A stretch of 43,638 bases of DNA from Porticoccus sp. (GTDB lineage: Bacteria; Pseudomonadota; Gammaproteobacteria; Pseudomonadales; Porticoccaceae): NCBI GenBank assembly GCA_047635255.1, contig JBLIIR010000001.1:1-43638 (forward strand). The letters run 5' to 3'. Within the stretch, counting starts at the first letter, position 1. Each line of letters opens with the position of its first letter. This document shows positions 9,625 to 21,688 of the stretch, piece after piece. Below the pieces are notes generated by a model. That model saw only the letters and a program-made list of their open reading frames with translations. It was not told where the DNA came from and made no database searches. The position numbers and the translations under genes were made by a program.

Positions 9625-11046
9625 CTATACTAATCTTGCATCTGCAAGTATTTTTACAAGTCTGCCGACACTCCCCGCACCCTGGGTAACCAAAATATCT
9701 CCAGCCTGGAGGATGTCTCCAAGGACTTCCTGCACATCATCAACACCACAAACATAAATAGGATCGACCAAGCCCCTTTGTCTTATGCTGCGACACAGTG
9801 TTCTGCTATCTGCCCCGGGAATTTCATTCTCGCCTGCCGCATAAACCTCCAGTAATAACAACGCATCACAACTAGACAGCACTTGAACAAAATCTTCGAA
9901 AAGATCACGAGTGCGTGTGAAACGATGAGGCTGAAACGCCATCACTAACCGCCTTTTTGGCCAACCTTCCCTTATTGCCTTAATAACAGCCGAGACCTCT
10001 CGTGGGTGATGCCCGTAATCGTCCACTAGCATCACAGTCCCATTACCTACGGGGTATTCGCCATAAATTTCAAAACGTCGACCGACTCCCTGAAACTCCA
10101 GCAAAGCCTTTTTGATTGCCTTATCAGAAACTCCCTCATCAATGGCAACAGTGATAGCGGCGGCGGCATTTAAGATATTATGAGCGCCCGGAATATTCAT
10201 CTCAATAGATAGAGGGCCGACCTCATTAGGTCTATATAAATCAAAATAACTGTACTGCTGATTAACAGACATATTCTGAATACGATAGTCTGCATCCTCA
10301 GAGAAACCATAAGTAAGGATAGGTCTTGAAACATCAGGCAACATTGCTTTAATCACAGGATCATCAATACATAAAACAGCTAACCCGTAAAAAGGCAGGT
10401 TATGAAGAAAGGCTAAAAAGGTTTGCTTTAACTTATTAAAGTCAAAACCATAAGTTTCCATATGATCCGCATCAATATTGGTTACTATCGCAACCATGGG
10501 CTGTAAATGTAAAAAAGAGGCGTCGCTTTCATCGGCTTCCGCTACAAAATAAGGGCTTATGCCCAATCTAGCATTAGCATTCACTGCTTTTACGAGCCCC
10601 CCAACAACAAAAGTTGGGTCTTTGTCATCTGCAGCCAAAATAGCGGCCAATAGACTGGTGGTTGTAGTCTTTCCATGTGTTCCTGCAACAGCAATGCTGT
10701 GACGATAGCGCATTAACTCTGCTAACATTTCCGCACGAGAGACTACGGGAATCCTGAGATTTCGAGCACCAACGACCTCTGGATTGTCATGTGTCACAGC
10801 CGAAGATACGACGACGACATCAGCACTTCTAATATTTTCTACCGCGTGACCCAGTTGCACACTTGCACCCAATTTTTCCAATCGGAGTGTATTACTGTTC
10901 ACCGCTAGATCTGAACCAGAAACCTTATACCCTTGGTTGATCAGAACTTCTGCAACTCCACTCATTCCGCTGCCCCCAACACCAACAAAATGTATGCATT
11001 TCATCCTTCGCATTTCAGGTATAAAATAATTTATCTCGTTACTCAT
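9625..11046 (-). CDS. murC: UDP-N-acetylmuramate--L-alanine ligase MurC
   Basis: [45 protein letters not shown]. Confidence 0.99.
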   Translation of the reverse strand: MSNEINYFIPEMRRMKCIHFVGVGGSGMSGVAEVLINQGYKVSGSDLAVNSNTLRLEKLGASVQLGHAVENIRSADVVVVSSAVTHDNPEVVGARNLRIPVVSRAEMLAELMRYRHSIAVAGTHGKTTTTSLLAAILAADDKDPTFVVGGLVKAVNANARLGISPYFVAEADESDASFLHLQPMVAIVTNIDADHMETYGFDFNKLKQTFLAFLHNLPFYGLAVLCIDDPVIKAMLPDVSRPILTYGFSEDADYRIQNMSVNQQYSYFDLYRPNEVGPLSIEMNIPGAHNILNAAAAITVAIDEGVSDKAIKKALLEFQGVGRRFEIYGEYPVGNGTVMLVDDYGHHPREVSAVIKAIREGWPKRRLVMAFQPHRFTRTRDLFEDFVQVLSSCDALLLLEVYAAGENEIPGADSRTLCRSIRQRGLVDPIYVCGVDDVQEVLGDILQAGDILVTQGAGSVGRLVKILADARLV

Positions 11047-12119
11047 GCTGTCTCCATACAGATATCAGCCACTAGGTCAGCAGCGCCTACTTTCGCCAAT
11101 CGTCTCGAATTGATTGCCATAGAGATTAAATTGCTTCGGTCCCCTAACCACTCATTTAAGATTGATGCTAACCCCTCGGTTGTTAAATCTGACTCCTTAA
11201 TCATAATTGCAGCTCCATGCTGCACGAGCCATTCGCCATTTCGAGTCTGGTGATCGTCAACTGCGTAAGGGAAGGGTATTAAGAGCGCCCCGATACCTAC
11301 TGTAGTCAACTCTGAGATTGTCAGTGCGCCCGCCCTGCAAATAACCACATCAGCCCATTTGTAAGCTCCAGCCATATCAGATATAAATGGGTCTACAGTA
11401 ATCTTGAAATCAGCATTCTTATATGTATTCTTAGTATTTTTTAAATGTTTTTTACCGGACTGATGTCTAACCTCAAACGAATGAGGCTTCCCTATAGCAG
11501 CTAGCGCTAAAGGAATTTGATGGTTAATTGTTATCGCACCAAGGCTACCACCTAATACCAATATCCTTAAAGGGTGAGCCTCTCTATCAGAACTAAGTAG
11601 CGGCGACTGCAGTGCAATAATTTCACTGCGAACTGGATTTCCAACCCACTCGCCCTGAGTGAGCGTATCAGGGAAAGCGGTTAGGACTCGGTTAGCAATT
11701 TTAGCTAACAGCTTATTAGTAGTCCCTGCAATTGCGTTTTGCTCGTGAATAACCAACGGTAGCCGAAGTATTCGAGCAGCAACGCCGCCGGGTCCTGATA
11801 CAAAACCACCCAAACCTAAAATAACATCTGGGGACTCTTTGCGGATTACAACCAGAGCCTGGAATATAGCTATGATTATAATGTAAGGCGCCCTCAACCA
11901 CTTCATTATTCCAGCGCCCCTTAGCCCTTCTACGTCGATATAATCAATAGGGAAATTTTTAGCTGGAACCAGCTCCATCTCGATACCTGCGCGAGTGCCG
12001 AGCCACGTAACAGCAACATTTTTGCTCCTTAATACCTCCGCCACTGACAGGGCAGGGAAAATATGTCCGCCAGTACCTCCGGCCATTACCATCACCTTAT
12101 TACATCTCCGCTCTATCAC
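11043..12119 (-). CDS. murG: Lipid II GlcNAc transferase MurG
   Basis: [42 protein letters not shown]. Confidence 0.99.
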   Translation of the reverse strand: MIERRCNKVMVMAGGTGGHIFPALSVAEVLRSKNVAVTWLGTRAGIEMELVPAKNFPIDYIDVEGLRGAGIMKWLRAPYIIIIAIFQALVVIRKESPDVILGLGGFVSGPGGVAARILRLPLVIHEQNAIAGTTNKLLAKIANRVLTAFPDTLTQGEWVGNPVRSEIIALQSPLLSSDREAHPLRILVLGGSLGAITINHQIPLALAAIGKPHSFEVRHQSGKKHLKNTKNTYKNADFKITVDPFISDMAGAYKWADVVICRAGALTISELTTVGIGALLIPFPYAVDDHQTRNGEWLVQHGAAIMIKESDLTTEGLASILNEWLGDRSNLISMAINSRRLAKVGAADLVADICMETA

Positions 12120-13278
12120 GCCTCACCCGCTTTCCTGTCTCTCGAGTATCACCTACTTCTGAGCTAATTTTCAAAACCAACATCACCATCGCAATACAAA
12201 CAAGAAGGCTGCTCCCGCCATAACTAACAAAAGGTAACGTTAGTCCTTTTGTAGGTAGCAATCCTGAAGTAACGCCTATATTAATAAATGATTGCATTGC
12301 CAAAAGCATGGCAATACCAATACAGCTGTAAGTGGCAAACCAATCTTTACTTTTCATCGCTTGACGGGCTATATGTAATATCCGATATACCAACAGCACA
12401 TACAAAAATACGACTAAGGTAACGCCAACTAATCCAAATTCTTCAGCATAAATAGAAAAAATAAAATCAGTATGGGCCTCAGGCAAATAGTGAAGTTTTT
12501 GCACGCTCTTTCCTAAACCAGCCCCTAGCCATTCTCCTTGGCCAAAAGCCATCATTGAATTTGTTATCTGATAACCAGAATCTCCAGGATCCAACCAAGG
12601 ATTCATAAATGTTTTTAAGCGCTCCCATCTGTACTGCTCCATGATGGCAACATAAGATAAACCGGCGGCGGCTAAAATTGATATTACACCAAACTGCCAA
12701 AGAGCAACTCCCGCAATAAATAACATGCAAAAAACTGTGGCACTTATGACTACCATAGATCCATAATCTGGCTCAAAAAACAAAAGGATGATCACTATCC
12801 CAAGCACCAATAAAGGTTTAAAGACGCTCTTCCATTCGGCTCTAAGTTGCTCTTGATGACGCTCTAAATAACCCGCCATAAACAAAATGACAGTAAATTT
12901 AGCTACCTCTGCAGCTTGCAAGTTAAAGGGTCCAAGAGAGATCCAACGCTTACTTCCATTGATCTCCGGCGTGAATAGAACTACCAGCAGCAGCAAGACT
13001 GTAACTATGAACAATGGAGGGCCGAGTCGGTACCAAATCCGCGAAGGTGCAGCTAGAAAGATGATGGCCATAATCATGCCAAACACAAGAAATATTAAAT
13101 GTCGCTTAAGGTAATAAAAGCTATCACCATACTTAACCTGAGCATGACTAATTGAAGCAGAGTAAACCATCACTAAGCCAATCGTAAGAATAGCCAACAT
13201 CGCACATAGGAGCGGCTGATCTATGCATTGCAGAGAACGAAAAAAACTTTCCCTTGGCTGCAGCGGTCTTGAATTCAT
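12100..13278 (-). CDS. ftsW: SEDS peptidoglycan polymerase FtsW
   Basis: Multi-TM; NGSKRWI, EPDYGS, LPEAHTDFIF, LPTKGLTLPFVSYGGSS. Confidence 0.98.
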   Translation of the reverse strand: MNSRPLQPRESFFRSLQCIDQPLLCAMLAILTIGLVMVYSASISHAQVKYGDSFYYLKRHLIFLVFGMIMAIIFLAAPSRIWYRLGPPLFIVTVLLLLVVLFTPEINGSKRWISLGPFNLQAAEVAKFTVILFMAGYLERHQEQLRAEWKSVFKPLLVLGIVIILLFFEPDYGSMVVISATVFCMLFIAGVALWQFGVISILAAAGLSYVAIMEQYRWERLKTFMNPWLDPGDSGYQITNSMMAFGQGEWLGAGLGKSVQKLHYLPEAHTDFIFSIYAEEFGLVGVTLVVFLYVLLVYRILHIARQAMKSKDWFATYSCIGIAMLLAMQSFINIGVTSGLLPTKGLTLPFVSYGGSSLLVCIAMVMLVLKISSEVGDTRETGKRVRRDRAEM

Positions 13279-14630
13279 CTCAAATCCTCTACTGCGCAGA
13301 TGAATTTCTCACCCCTATCTTCAAAATCAGCAAACATATCAAAGCTTGAACATCCCGGGGACAACAAAACAATGTCGCTCGGCTGTGCAATTTCGTAAGA
13401 TGCTCTTACTGCACACTCAATGCTTATTGCATAGATGGTGTCTATTTTTCCAGAAACAGTATTGCCTATTTCAGATGCGGCTTCGCCTATCAATACAAGC
13501 TGCTTAACCATACCAGTTAGCGCAGTGGAGAGGACTGAAAAATCTTGTTCTTTTCCCCGGCCGCCAGCAATCAAAATTATATTATTACAACCAAGTCCCT
13601 TAATAGCTGCCAAAGTAGCGCCTAAATTTGTTGCCTTAGAGTCGTTGATATAAGTTACGCCATTTAGAACTCTTATGGTCTGACACCGATGAGGCAGCCC
13701 GGTAAATTGACGCAACACTTGTAACATTGGCCTCAAGGGCAGATTTACTGCTGAGCCCAAGGCCAAAGCAGCAAGAGCATTGCTTGTATTGTGTAATCCT
13801 TTTATTCCAAGTTCGCTTTCAGGCATTAATTTCTCAAATTCATAAGTCAGCCATGATTGATCGTCATCTCCAGAAGCTAACCCAAAACCATTAAAATCCG
13901 AGTGATCAAGACCAAAGCTCCATGTTTTTACTTTGTCTCCAACTAGCGGCGCACTGAGCCTATCATTCCGGTTGACTATCACCTGACGGGCCCCATTAAA
14001 AATCCGGTGCTTGGCCTGATGGTAATCAAGTAATGTTTTGTAGCGATCCATATGATCTGCACTGACATTAAGCACTACTGCTACTTCAGCACACAGGCTG
14101 CTAACAGACTCCAGCTGAAAACTTGATAACTCTAAAATATAAAGCTGCGCCTCTTGATCAAGCAATTCAAGCGCAGGCGTGCCTAGGTTCCCGCCAACAC
14201 CCACCGAATGACCTGCAGCAACACACATCTCTCCCACTATTGTAGTGACAGTACTTTTACCATTTGAACCTGTAATAGCAATAATAGGAGCCTGAGCAGA
14301 TCGAGAGAATAATTCAATATCATTTATTACTGGGATATTTAACTCGATTGCAATTTGAATAGCTGGAATTTTCCTAGACAGTCCAGGACTAAGAATGATC
14401 TCATCAGCATTCTTAAAGCTATCAATAGCAAGCTCTCCTAGCGATATTGATATGTCTGGGAACTCGGCTTTAAACTGTTCAAGCAAGGGGGGGTTTTGGC
14501 GAGTATCTACCATCACAAAATGTTGTCCCAATTGAGACAGATGTCGAGCCACAGAAAATCCTGTAGCACCAATACCTACTACCATTTTGAGCTTATTGCT
14601 TGCTATTAACTGCCTCATTGGTAAATCCAT
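13275..14630 (-). CDS. murD: UDP-MurNAc-L-Ala--D-glutamate ligase MurD
   Basis: ITGSNGKSTVT, LELSSFQLE, DHMDRY, NDSKATN, LLSPGCSSFDMF. Confidence 0.99.
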   Translation of the reverse strand: MDLPMRQLIASNKLKMVVGIGATGFSVARHLSQLGQHFVMVDTRQNPPLLEQFKAEFPDISISLGELAIDSFKNADEIILSPGLSRKIPAIQIAIELNIPVINDIELFSRSAQAPIIAITGSNGKSTVTTIVGEMCVAAGHSVGVGGNLGTPALELLDQEAQLYILELSSFQLESVSSLCAEVAVVLNVSADHMDRYKTLLDYHQAKHRIFNGARQVIVNRNDRLSAPLVGDKVKTWSFGLDHSDFNGFGLASGDDDQSWLTYEFEKLMPESELGIKGLHNTSNALAALALGSAVNLPLRPMLQVLRQFTGLPHRCQTIRVLNGVTYINDSKATNLGATLAAIKGLGCNNIILIAGGRGKEQDFSVLSTALTGMVKQLVLIGEAASEIGNTVSGKIDTIYAISIECAVRASYEIAQPSDIVLLSPGCSSFDMFADFEDRGEKFICAVEDLR

Positions 14631-14637
14631 TCTCTTG

Positions 14638-15720
14638 CTACCTAAGCTTCAGTGTTACCAAGCCAAGCAATACTAGCATGGCCGTGATAATCCAAAATCT
14701 AACGATGACACGAGGTTCGGGCCAACCTTTTAATTCAAAGTGATGATGAATTGGAGCCATACGGAAAATTCGACGACCAGTTAGCTTGAAAGAAGCTACC
14801 TGCATCATCACCGACACTGCCTCCATAACAAAAATGCCACTCATGATAAAAAAAACAATTTCATGTCTAATTATTACCGCCACAACACCTAAGGCTGCCC
14901 CCAAAGACAATGACCCAACATCTCCCATAAAAATTTGAGCAGGGTAGGTGTTAAACCAGAGAAACCCCATGCCGGCGCCAGCAAGCGCCGCACAAAACAC
15001 TCCTACCTCTCCAGCACCAGCCACATAAGGAATATGCAAATATTCTGCAAACTCTATATGTCCTACCAAATAACCTATTAACCCTAAGGCACTGCCAATT
15101 AAGACTATAGGCATAATGGCCAAACCATCCAAACCGTCCGTAAGATTTACCGCATTACTGCTGCCGACAATTACAAAATAAGTGAGCACGATATAAAACA
15201 TACCTAGCGGCAATGCTATATCCTTAAAGAAAGGAACTATTAGCTCGTTTTCAACACCAATACCGCCTATCTTGTAAAGAATAATTGCAACTATAATTCC
15301 TACCAATGACTGCCAAAAATACTTCCATTTAGCCAAAATACCTTGAGAGTTATTTTTAATCACTTTCCGATAATCATCGACCCAGCCAATAACTCCAAAC
15401 AAAAAAGTCGTCAGCAGAACTATCCAAACATATGGATTAAGAAGGTCTGACCAAAGAAGCGTACTAGTAAAGATGGAAAAAAGTATCAATACTCCGCCCA
15501 TGGTTGGTGTTCCAGTCTTGACTAGATGGCTAGCAGGGCCATCACTCCTAACTGACTGCCCAATCTGAAGATAAGCCAGACGACGGATCATCCACGGCCC
15601 AAAAATAAATGAGATCCCTAAAGAGGTTAGTGCGGCCATGACTGTTCGGACAGTTATATACTGCACTACACCAAAACCAGCAAAATACTGCGCTAAGTAA
15701 TCAGCTAGCCAGACAAGCAT
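14638..15720 (-). CDS. mraY: Phospho-N-acetylmuramoyl-pentapeptide transferase MraY
   Basis: [39 protein letters not shown]. Confidence 0.99.
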   Translation of the reverse strand: MLVWLADYLAQYFAGFGVVQYITVRTVMAALTSLGISFIFGPWMIRRLAYLQIGQSVRSDGPASHLVKTGTPTMGGVLILFSIFTSTLLWSDLLNPYVWIVLLTTFLFGVIGWVDDYRKVIKNNSQGILAKWKYFWQSLVGIIVAIILYKIGGIGVENELIVPFFKDIALPLGMFYIVLTYFVIVGSSNAVNLTDGLDGLAIMPIVLIGSALGLIGYLVGHIEFAEYLHIPYVAGAGEVGVFCAALAGAGMGFLWFNTYPAQIFMGDVGSLSLGAALGVVAVIIRHEIVFFIMSGIFVMEAVSVMMQVASFKLTGRRIFRMAPIHHHFELKGWPEPRVIVRFWIITAMLVLLGLVTLKLR

Positions 15721-17100
15721 TTAAGTCTCTCCTAATTTTTTTATCAGCTGAGATACATCTTCCATAGCCATTAACCTTGACCCCTTTACCAGGATAGCTG
15801 ATCCGAAATCAAGCACACTTGAGTTTAAAAATTCACCGCTATTTAGATAATTAATCAATTCTTGCTTGCTCTTAAAGTGCTGACCACTTTGACCGAATTC
15901 TCTAGCAGCATAAAAAGAAAGAGGGCCAAGGGCTAAAAGAATATCCACGCCTTTATTTAATGCATAGCTCCCTATATCAGCATGCAGGGAGATTTCATCA
16001 TCACCAAGCTCTGCCATATCGCCCAATATTAAGATATGAAAACTGCGGATCTCCACAAGGCTATCAATGGCTGCTTTCACTGAACCCGGGTTTGCGTTAT
16101 AGCTGTCATCAATAAAAGTGACCCCAGAAGGTAGCTCCTCAAGATTCATTCTGCCTGGTATCTGCTTTAGATTATTCAGACCGTCTACAATAGAAGACAC
16201 TGGGGCACCTGCCGCATAAGAACAAGTTGCTGCTGCAATCGCGTTTACAACATTGTGCTTCCCGCTTAAAGCAAGAGATATAGCTGATTCTCCCTCAGGG
16301 GTAACTAAAATAAAGCTATAGCAGCCGCTTTCTTGTAAGACAAGGTTCTTGGCAGTAAAATCGGCATGAGCCTTGTTAATCGAAAAACTCAGGACCCTTG
16401 CGTTTGTTGATTCATGCCACATCTCGGCATAACTCTCATCAAGACTGATAACTGCAGTATCTCCGGCAGAGAGATTCCTGTAGATCTCACCTTTCGCTTT
16501 AGCAATGCCACTAAGAGTGCCAAAACTTTCAAGATGTGCAGGCAAGATATTGTTTACCAAAGCAACATTCGGTTTAGCAAGGCTACAGAGATAATCTATA
16601 TCTCCAGTAGCTTTTGCACCCATCTCAATTACCGCATAATTATGTTCACAGCGAATCTCCATCAAGGTGCAAGGAACTCCAATTTCGTTATTTAGATTTC
16701 CTTTTGTGAACAATACCGATCCCATCTTTTTAAGAATGACTGCAATCATCTCTTTAATTAAAGTTTTCCCGCAGCTTCCTGTTATAGCGATTAAACATCC
16801 ATTAAAATTCTTACGATTAGCTGCAGCAATCTGCCCTAGCGCCTCAGTTGTGTCAGGAACTACCCACTGGCTCATGACTAGGTCGTTCATTGGATGTTCC
16901 ACCACCAATCCGCTTGCTTGAGATGCAATCAACGAAATAAATTCATGCCCATCAAATTTCTCTCCTTTGAGAGCAACAAATAATTGACCTTCCTTTAAAT
17001 TACGACTGTCTGTCGATACAGACTGAAAGTGGCAATCTGGGTACATAATTGTTCCGCCGTACTCTAGAGCCATTTTCGAGAGAATTAATGTGTTTATCAA
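15721..17100 (-). CDS. murF: UDP-MurNAc-tripeptide--D-Ala-D-Ala ligase MurF
   Basis: STDSR, ITGSCGKT, NLNNEIGVP, DDSYNANP, LGDMAELG, LVKGSR; TTG start abutting the murE stop. Confidence 0.98.
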   Translation of the reverse strand: MINTLILSKMALEYGGTIMYPDCHFQSVSTDSRNLKEGQLFVALKGEKFDGHEFISLIASQASGLVVEHPMNDLVMSQWVVPDTTEALGQIAAANRKNFNGCLIAITGSCGKTLIKEMIAVILKKMGSVLFTKGNLNNEIGVPCTLMEIRCEHNYAVIEMGAKATGDIDYLCSLAKPNVALVNNILPAHLESFGTLSGIAKAKGEIYRNLSAGDTAVISLDESYAEMWHESTNARVLSFSINKAHADFTAKNLVLQESGCYSFILVTPEGESAISLALSGKHNVVNAIAAATCSYAAGAPVSSIVDGLNNLKQIPGRMNLEELPSGVTFIDDSYNANPGSVKAAIDSLVEIRSFHILILGDMAELGDDEISLHADIGSYALNKGVDILLALGPLSFYAAREFGQSGQHFKSKQELINYLNSGEFLNSSVLDFGSAILVKGSRLMAMEDVSQLIKKLGET

Positions 17101-18639
17101 TTAGCCACTCCTCTTCTGCAGAGCCAGTCTGGCCTCAACTTGGTCGCTAAAAGGTATCATTTTATCTCCGGTAAGCTGATACAGCTCATGCCCCTTTCCG
17201 GCGACTAAAACAATATCCTTCTTGGTCGCAGACTGAACAGCAAAATTAATAGCCTTTCTTCTATCTGGAATCAGGTGAACGGACGATCGATCAGTATTTT
17301 CCTTAGAAGTCACCTCGGAAAGAATTTCATTAATAATCTTGTCTGGGCTCTCTCCGCGAGGATTGTCGCTTGTCACAACAACTTGATCTGCTAACTGGCT
17401 AGCAATATTGCCCATTTCTGGCCGTTTAGCTTTGTCTCGATCACCCCCGCACCCAAACACACACCATAATTTTCCATGACAAAATTGCTGTAAAGTCTCT
17501 AGTGTATTTTTTAAAGCATCCGGAGTATGAGCAAAATCTACCACAATCGTTGGTGCAGAAATTTTGACATCACCAGAATCACCCAAACCAGAAATAATCT
17601 CCATGCGCCCTGGCACCGCGGTAAGCTGAGGAATCAATCTTATAGTCTCCTGGAAAATCAACCCCTGGCAACAGGCAGCGCCAACAACAGCTAGCAAATT
17701 GAGCAAATTAAACCTACCAATAAGCTGGCTCCTGATCACACCATTACCCCAAGGGGTGAAAATATTCGCCTCAATACCTGACGCTGAGAGACTTATATCC
17801 TTAGCGTAAATAGACGCGTTTGGATTCACTAAAGAGAAAGTAACCACATTTACGGACGAGGGCAGCTCTTTAGTCATCTCTAGGCCGACAGGATCATCCT
17901 CGTTAATCACAGCTCTCTGCAGGTCAGGCATAGCGAATAGCTGCTTCTTAGCGGCAGCGTAGCTTGTGAAATCGTCATGATAATCCAAGTGGTCATGGCT
18001 CAAATTAGTAAATATAGCCGTATCAAACAATAGACCATGAACCCTGAATTGACTGAGGCTATGAGAAGACACCTCCATAACCGCTTTACCTATATTGCGG
18101 TACACAAAGCTAGCCAGAACCGCCTGAAGGGTCACAGGATCGGGTGTCGTCAGCCCCTCACCACTTAGTTCAGGTATTCCATTCTTTACGCACCCATAAC
18201 CCAAGGTTCCGATAACTCCAGCAGGATTACCTGTAAGGCTGAATAGCTGCGCCAATAGTTGCGTACAGGTGGTTTTTCCGTTAGTTCCAGTCACGCCAGT
18301 TAGTGATATGTTGTGAGATGGATCAGAATAAAAACGTCCAGAAATTTCACTTATTTTTTTATTCAAGCTTGGTATCGGTACTACTCTGTCATGTTCTTGC
18401 AGGAAAAGGCCGTCTGCATGGGCAAGTACGACTTCCGCGCCAGCCTTAAGTGATGACTGAATATGATCTCGTCCATCGTCCGAAGAACCAGGGATCGCAA
18501 TAAATAAATCGCCACTTTTAACCAGTCGGCTATCAAGGCAGAGGCCCGAAATCTTCAAATTGATTAATTCTTCAGAAAGCAAAACTTCTGGCATCAAGCT
18601 TCCTAGACTTCGGGCGATTGGCCTATTCCATGCTGCCAT
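17101..18639 (-). CDS. murE: UDP-MurNAc-L-Ala-D-Glu--meso-diaminopimelate ligase MurE
   Basis: GVTGTNGKTT, MEVSSH, DHLDYH, DFAHTPDA, DNPR (mDAP-specific), AGKGHE. ATG at 18639 overlaps the ftsI TGA (TGATG), with GGAGG SD. Confidence 0.99.
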   Translation of the reverse strand: MAAWNRPIARSLGSLMPEVLLSEELINLKISGLCLDSRLVKSGDLFIAIPGSSDDGRDHIQSSLKAGAEVVLAHADGLFLQEHDRVVPIPSLNKKISEISGRFYSDPSHNISLTGVTGTNGKTTCTQLLAQLFSLTGNPAGVIGTLGYGCVKNGIPELSGEGLTTPDPVTLQAVLASFVYRNIGKAVMEVSSHSLSQFRVHGLLFDTAIFTNLSHDHLDYHDDFTSYAAAKKQLFAMPDLQRAVINEDDPVGLEMTKELPSSVNVVTFSLVNPNASIYAKDISLSASGIEANIFTPWGNGVIRSQLIGRFNLLNLLAVVGAACCQGLIFQETIRLIPQLTAVPGRMEIISGLGDSGDVKISAPTIVVDFAHTPDALKNTLETLQQFCHGKLWCVFGCGGDRDKAKRPEMGNIASQLADQVVVTSDNPRGESPDKIINEILSEVTSKENTDRSSVHLIPDRRKAINFAVQSATKKDIVLVAGKGHELYQLTGDKMIPFSDQVEARLALQKRSG

Positions 18640-20408
18640 CAAATATCACCTCCGAATTTTATCGGACTTGGCTGGGCGCTCAACGCAACAGCTCTATCGC
18701 TGATCACTACTTTTGGTGCGACCCTTAACACCCTAAGAGCTCTCTCTGTAACATTCGCATATACTGGTCCAGCCACCTGACCTCCAGTATGCCCCCCCAC
18801 TTTGGGATCATTTATGATCACCACTGTCACTAGACGCGGCTTATTTGCTGGAACTATTCCCGCAAATAATGCAACGTATCTCTTATCATCATATCCTCCC
18901 ACTGCATTCTTATAAGCAGTGCCTGTCTTCCCGGCCACGTCATAAGTATAGATAGCTGCTTTCTCTGCGGTCCCTCCTTTACGAGTAACACCTGTCATCA
19001 TTTTGCGAACTGTGGTGGCTAGTTCTGCATTCACTACCTGCTCTCCTTCTGGAATCCTATCTGTTCTTAGCAACGTCAGTGGCTTTTTTAATCCATCAGA
19101 TGCCAAAACTGCATAGGCCTGGGCAATCTGTAAAGCTGAGGAATTCAAGCTATACCCAATTGCAAAGTTTGCTCTTTCTAGTCTCATCGATTTTTTATGC
19201 ACAGGTAGTATTCCTGGACTTTCACCTGCGATACCCGTTCCAACAACCCGTCCAAAACCTACACGTGAAAATAAATCATGCATATCTTCTGGATCGACAG
19301 CTAGACCTAATTTTATAGCGCCAACATTACTGGACTTCTTGAGTAAGTCGGCAAGACCAATCTCTCCATAATTATGCTCATCCTTTATTCTTTTTTTATC
19401 TATCTGAATGTAGCCAGGATTTGTATCGATAATTGATTCAGCGAATATCTTATTATTCTCCATGGCCGCCAAAACAACGAAGGGCTTAACGGTCGAGCCC
19501 GGTTCAAATAAATCTAAAACTGCTCTATTGCGAGCCCCTTTATTTAAAGCATCAGAGCTTAATTTTTTCCTATCATTAGGATTATAAGATGGCTGGCTTG
19601 CCATCGCTAAAATTTCCCCAGTATGTACATCAAGCACTACAATTGATCCAGAAGTCGCCTGATGCTTAGTAACGGCATCTTGTAATTCAGTGTAAGCTTT
19701 GTGCTGGAGTCTCATGTCAATACTTAAGGTTATAGCTTCGCCAGGCTTAGCATTCTGCTCTACCCCCAGATCTTTAATCACGTTGCCCCTTCTATCCTGT
19801 AATAATTTTTTCTGCCCAGGGACACCGGCTAGGGTACTGTCATAAGATGACTCAATTCCCTCCCGACCTCTTTCCTTATCATCAGTAATGCCGACTATCT
19901 GAGACGTCACTTCGGCTGCAGGATAAAAGCGCTTATATGTTTTTTCTCCATAAATACCAGGTATCTTCCAGGCAATAATTTTTTCAGCCACTGCAGGAGG
20001 CAAAAAATTTCCTGCCTTCAAAACCATATATTTTCTTTTTTTGTACCTCAAAACTCGTTTCTTCAAGCTTATGCTAGCTACTGATAAATGCTCAGCCAAC
20101 TCAGAAAATTTAGGGTGATTGACATCTACTAGCCGAGGATCCGCTACCAGCTGTATTACAGGACTACTGATTGCAAGCGGTTCGCCATACCTGTCAGTAA
20201 TAACTCCGCGATAAGCAGGGATGACCTCCCTGCGAATCATTTTTTTTGAGACTTTTCCTTGAAGGAATTTATAGCCTTTATCTACATCAGGCAAAACCTG
20301 CAGTCCAGCAATGTGCCAAATCAGTGCTACTGGTAATATTAGGAGCGCAGTCATCACTAACGCATAGCGCCAGCGAGAAACAGTCAACTTATTTTGCTTT
20401 AGTTTCAC
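18639..20408 (-). CDS. ftsI: Penicillin-binding protein 3 FtsI
   Basis: N-terminal TM, RGVITDR, SxxK (STVK), SxN (SSN), KTGT. Confidence 0.98.
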   Translation of the reverse strand: MKLKQNKLTVSRWRYALVMTALLILPVALIWHIAGLQVLPDVDKGYKFLQGKVSKKMIRREVIPAYRGVITDRYGEPLAISSPVIQLVADPRLVDVNHPKFSELAEHLSVASISLKKRVLRYKKRKYMVLKAGNFLPPAVAEKIIAWKIPGIYGEKTYKRFYPAAEVTSQIVGITDDKERGREGIESSYDSTLAGVPGQKKLLQDRRGNVIKDLGVEQNAKPGEAITLSIDMRLQHKAYTELQDAVTKHQATSGSIVVLDVHTGEILAMASQPSYNPNDRKKLSSDALNKGARNRAVLDLFEPGSTVKPFVVLAAMENNKIFAESIIDTNPGYIQIDKKRIKDEHNYGEIGLADLLKKSSNVGAIKLGLAVDPEDMHDLFSRVGFGRVVGTGIAGESPGILPVHKKSMRLERANFAIGYSLNSSALQIAQAYAVLASDGLKKPLTLLRTDRIPEGEQVVNAELATTVRKMMTGVTRKGGTAEKAAIYTYDVAGKTGTAYKNAVGGYDDKRYVALFAGIVPANKPRLVTVVIINDPKVGGHTGGQVAGPVYANVTERALRVLRVAPKVVISDRAVALSAQPSPIKFGGDI

Positions 20409-20440
20409 TCAACACTCTTCCTGGCAGTTATCTAAAATAC

Positions 20441-20740
20441 CTACGGAGAAACGACTATAAATTCATCTTGTCGAGGAGCTCGCATTTGCAGTTCATCTGT
20501 TGCCTTATTCTCAATATTGATCAATGAGGTGTAAGAGCTTTTTTCTAACAAGTACTTTCCCCACATCTCCTGCAAAATGTTGGACTCCCCCTCGAGAGTT
20601 GATAGCTGGTTAGCAAGCAGCCGGCAAGCATTGCTGACATGGACCACAGAAAGCGCGCAAAAAATCATACTGATCCAAAGAACTAACAACCAGGATGTAA
20701 TTTTTAGCCCAGATAGCATAATAATTCCTATGTTAATCAA
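20441..20740 (-). CDS. ftsL: Cell division protein FtsL
   Basis: About 99 aa, one TM then coiled coil (WGKYLLE...IE..A...LQM..P); lies between rsmH and ftsI. Start uncertain. Confidence 0.9.
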   Translation of the reverse strand: MINIGIIMLSGLKITSWLLVLWISMIFCALSVVHVSNACRLLANQLSTLEGESNILQEMWGKYLLEKSSYTSLINIENKATDELQMRAPRQDEFIVVSP

Positions 20741-20742
20741 CG

Positions 20743-21678
20743 TTATACCAGCTTCTCTGCAACTCGCATCACAGCACTTCTGGCTCTTATGTTGCCTTTA
20801 ACCTCCAAGCCACTTGGCTTAACCATCTTTCCTATCGAACGCAAACGCCTAACAATATCTTTTTCCATAACAGGTAGACCTCTAGGTATAGCCCTCCCTT
20901 TCTCCTGATCACGAATAAATCTTTTTACAATACGATCCTCAAGAGAATGAAAGCTAATGATGACCAATCGGCCACCCACTGCCATAATTTCCAAAATATC
21001 AGGCAACACACTCTCAAGATCTTTTAGCTCTTGATTAATAAAAATTCTGATACCCTGAAAAGCTCTTGTTGCTGGATGCTTGTCTTTCTCCCATGCCGGG
21101 TTAGCTTCTTTAACAATTGCTGCAAGTTGCCCGGTGCGCGTTATTGGTTTATCGGCACGAGCAGCAGCAATTGCACGAGCGATACGCTTGGAATACCGCT
21201 CTTCACCGTAGTCTTTTAAAACCTGAGCTATATCATTTTCTTTTGCTGTCGAAAGCCATTCGGCGGCACTAATCCCACAATTTGGATTCATACGCATGTC
21301 AAGCGGGCCATCTCGCAGAAAACTAAATCCTCTTATCGGATCATCAATCTGAGGGGATGAAACGCCCAAATCTAGGAGCACCCCACTTACCGCTCCCTCA
21401 TGCTGTCTCTCTGTTATCAGTTTGCGAATATCTGCAAACGAAGCTTGCTTTATCTCAAAACGAGCATCCTTATAAAATTTCTGTTGTGCCACCTCGCAAG
21501 CTTTCGGGTCTTTGTCTACCGCCATCAAGCTTCCGGTCTCGCTTAGCTGAGACAATATCAGTGCCGCGTGCCCGCCTCGGCCAAATGTCCCATCCACATA
21601 CAAACCATCAGGGTTGGTAATAAGCGCCTCAACTGCTTCTTTCAATAAAACAGCCTTATGTCCCGTCTCTACTGACAT
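20743..21678 (-). CDS. rsmH: 16S rRNA m4C1402 methyltransferase RsmH (MraW)
   Basis: DGTFGRGGH, DLGVSSPQ, DGPLDMRM, HPATRAFQ, SFHSLEDR, N.RARSA. Confidence 0.99.
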   Translation of the reverse strand: MSVETGHKAVLLKEAVEALITNPDGLYVDGTFGRGGHAALILSQLSETGSLMAVDKDPKACEVAQQKFYKDARFEIKQASFADIRKLITERQHEGAVSGVLLDLGVSSPQIDDPIRGFSFLRDGPLDMRMNPNCGISAAEWLSTAKENDIAQVLKDYGEERYSKRIARAIAAARADKPITRTGQLAAIVKEANPAWEKDKHPATRAFQGIRIFINQELKDLESVLPDILEIMAVGGRLVIISFHSLEDRIVKRFIRDQEKGRAIPRGLPVMEKDIVRRLRSIGKMVKPSGLEVKGNIRARSAVMRVAEKLV

Positions 21679-21688
21679 AAAATTCTAC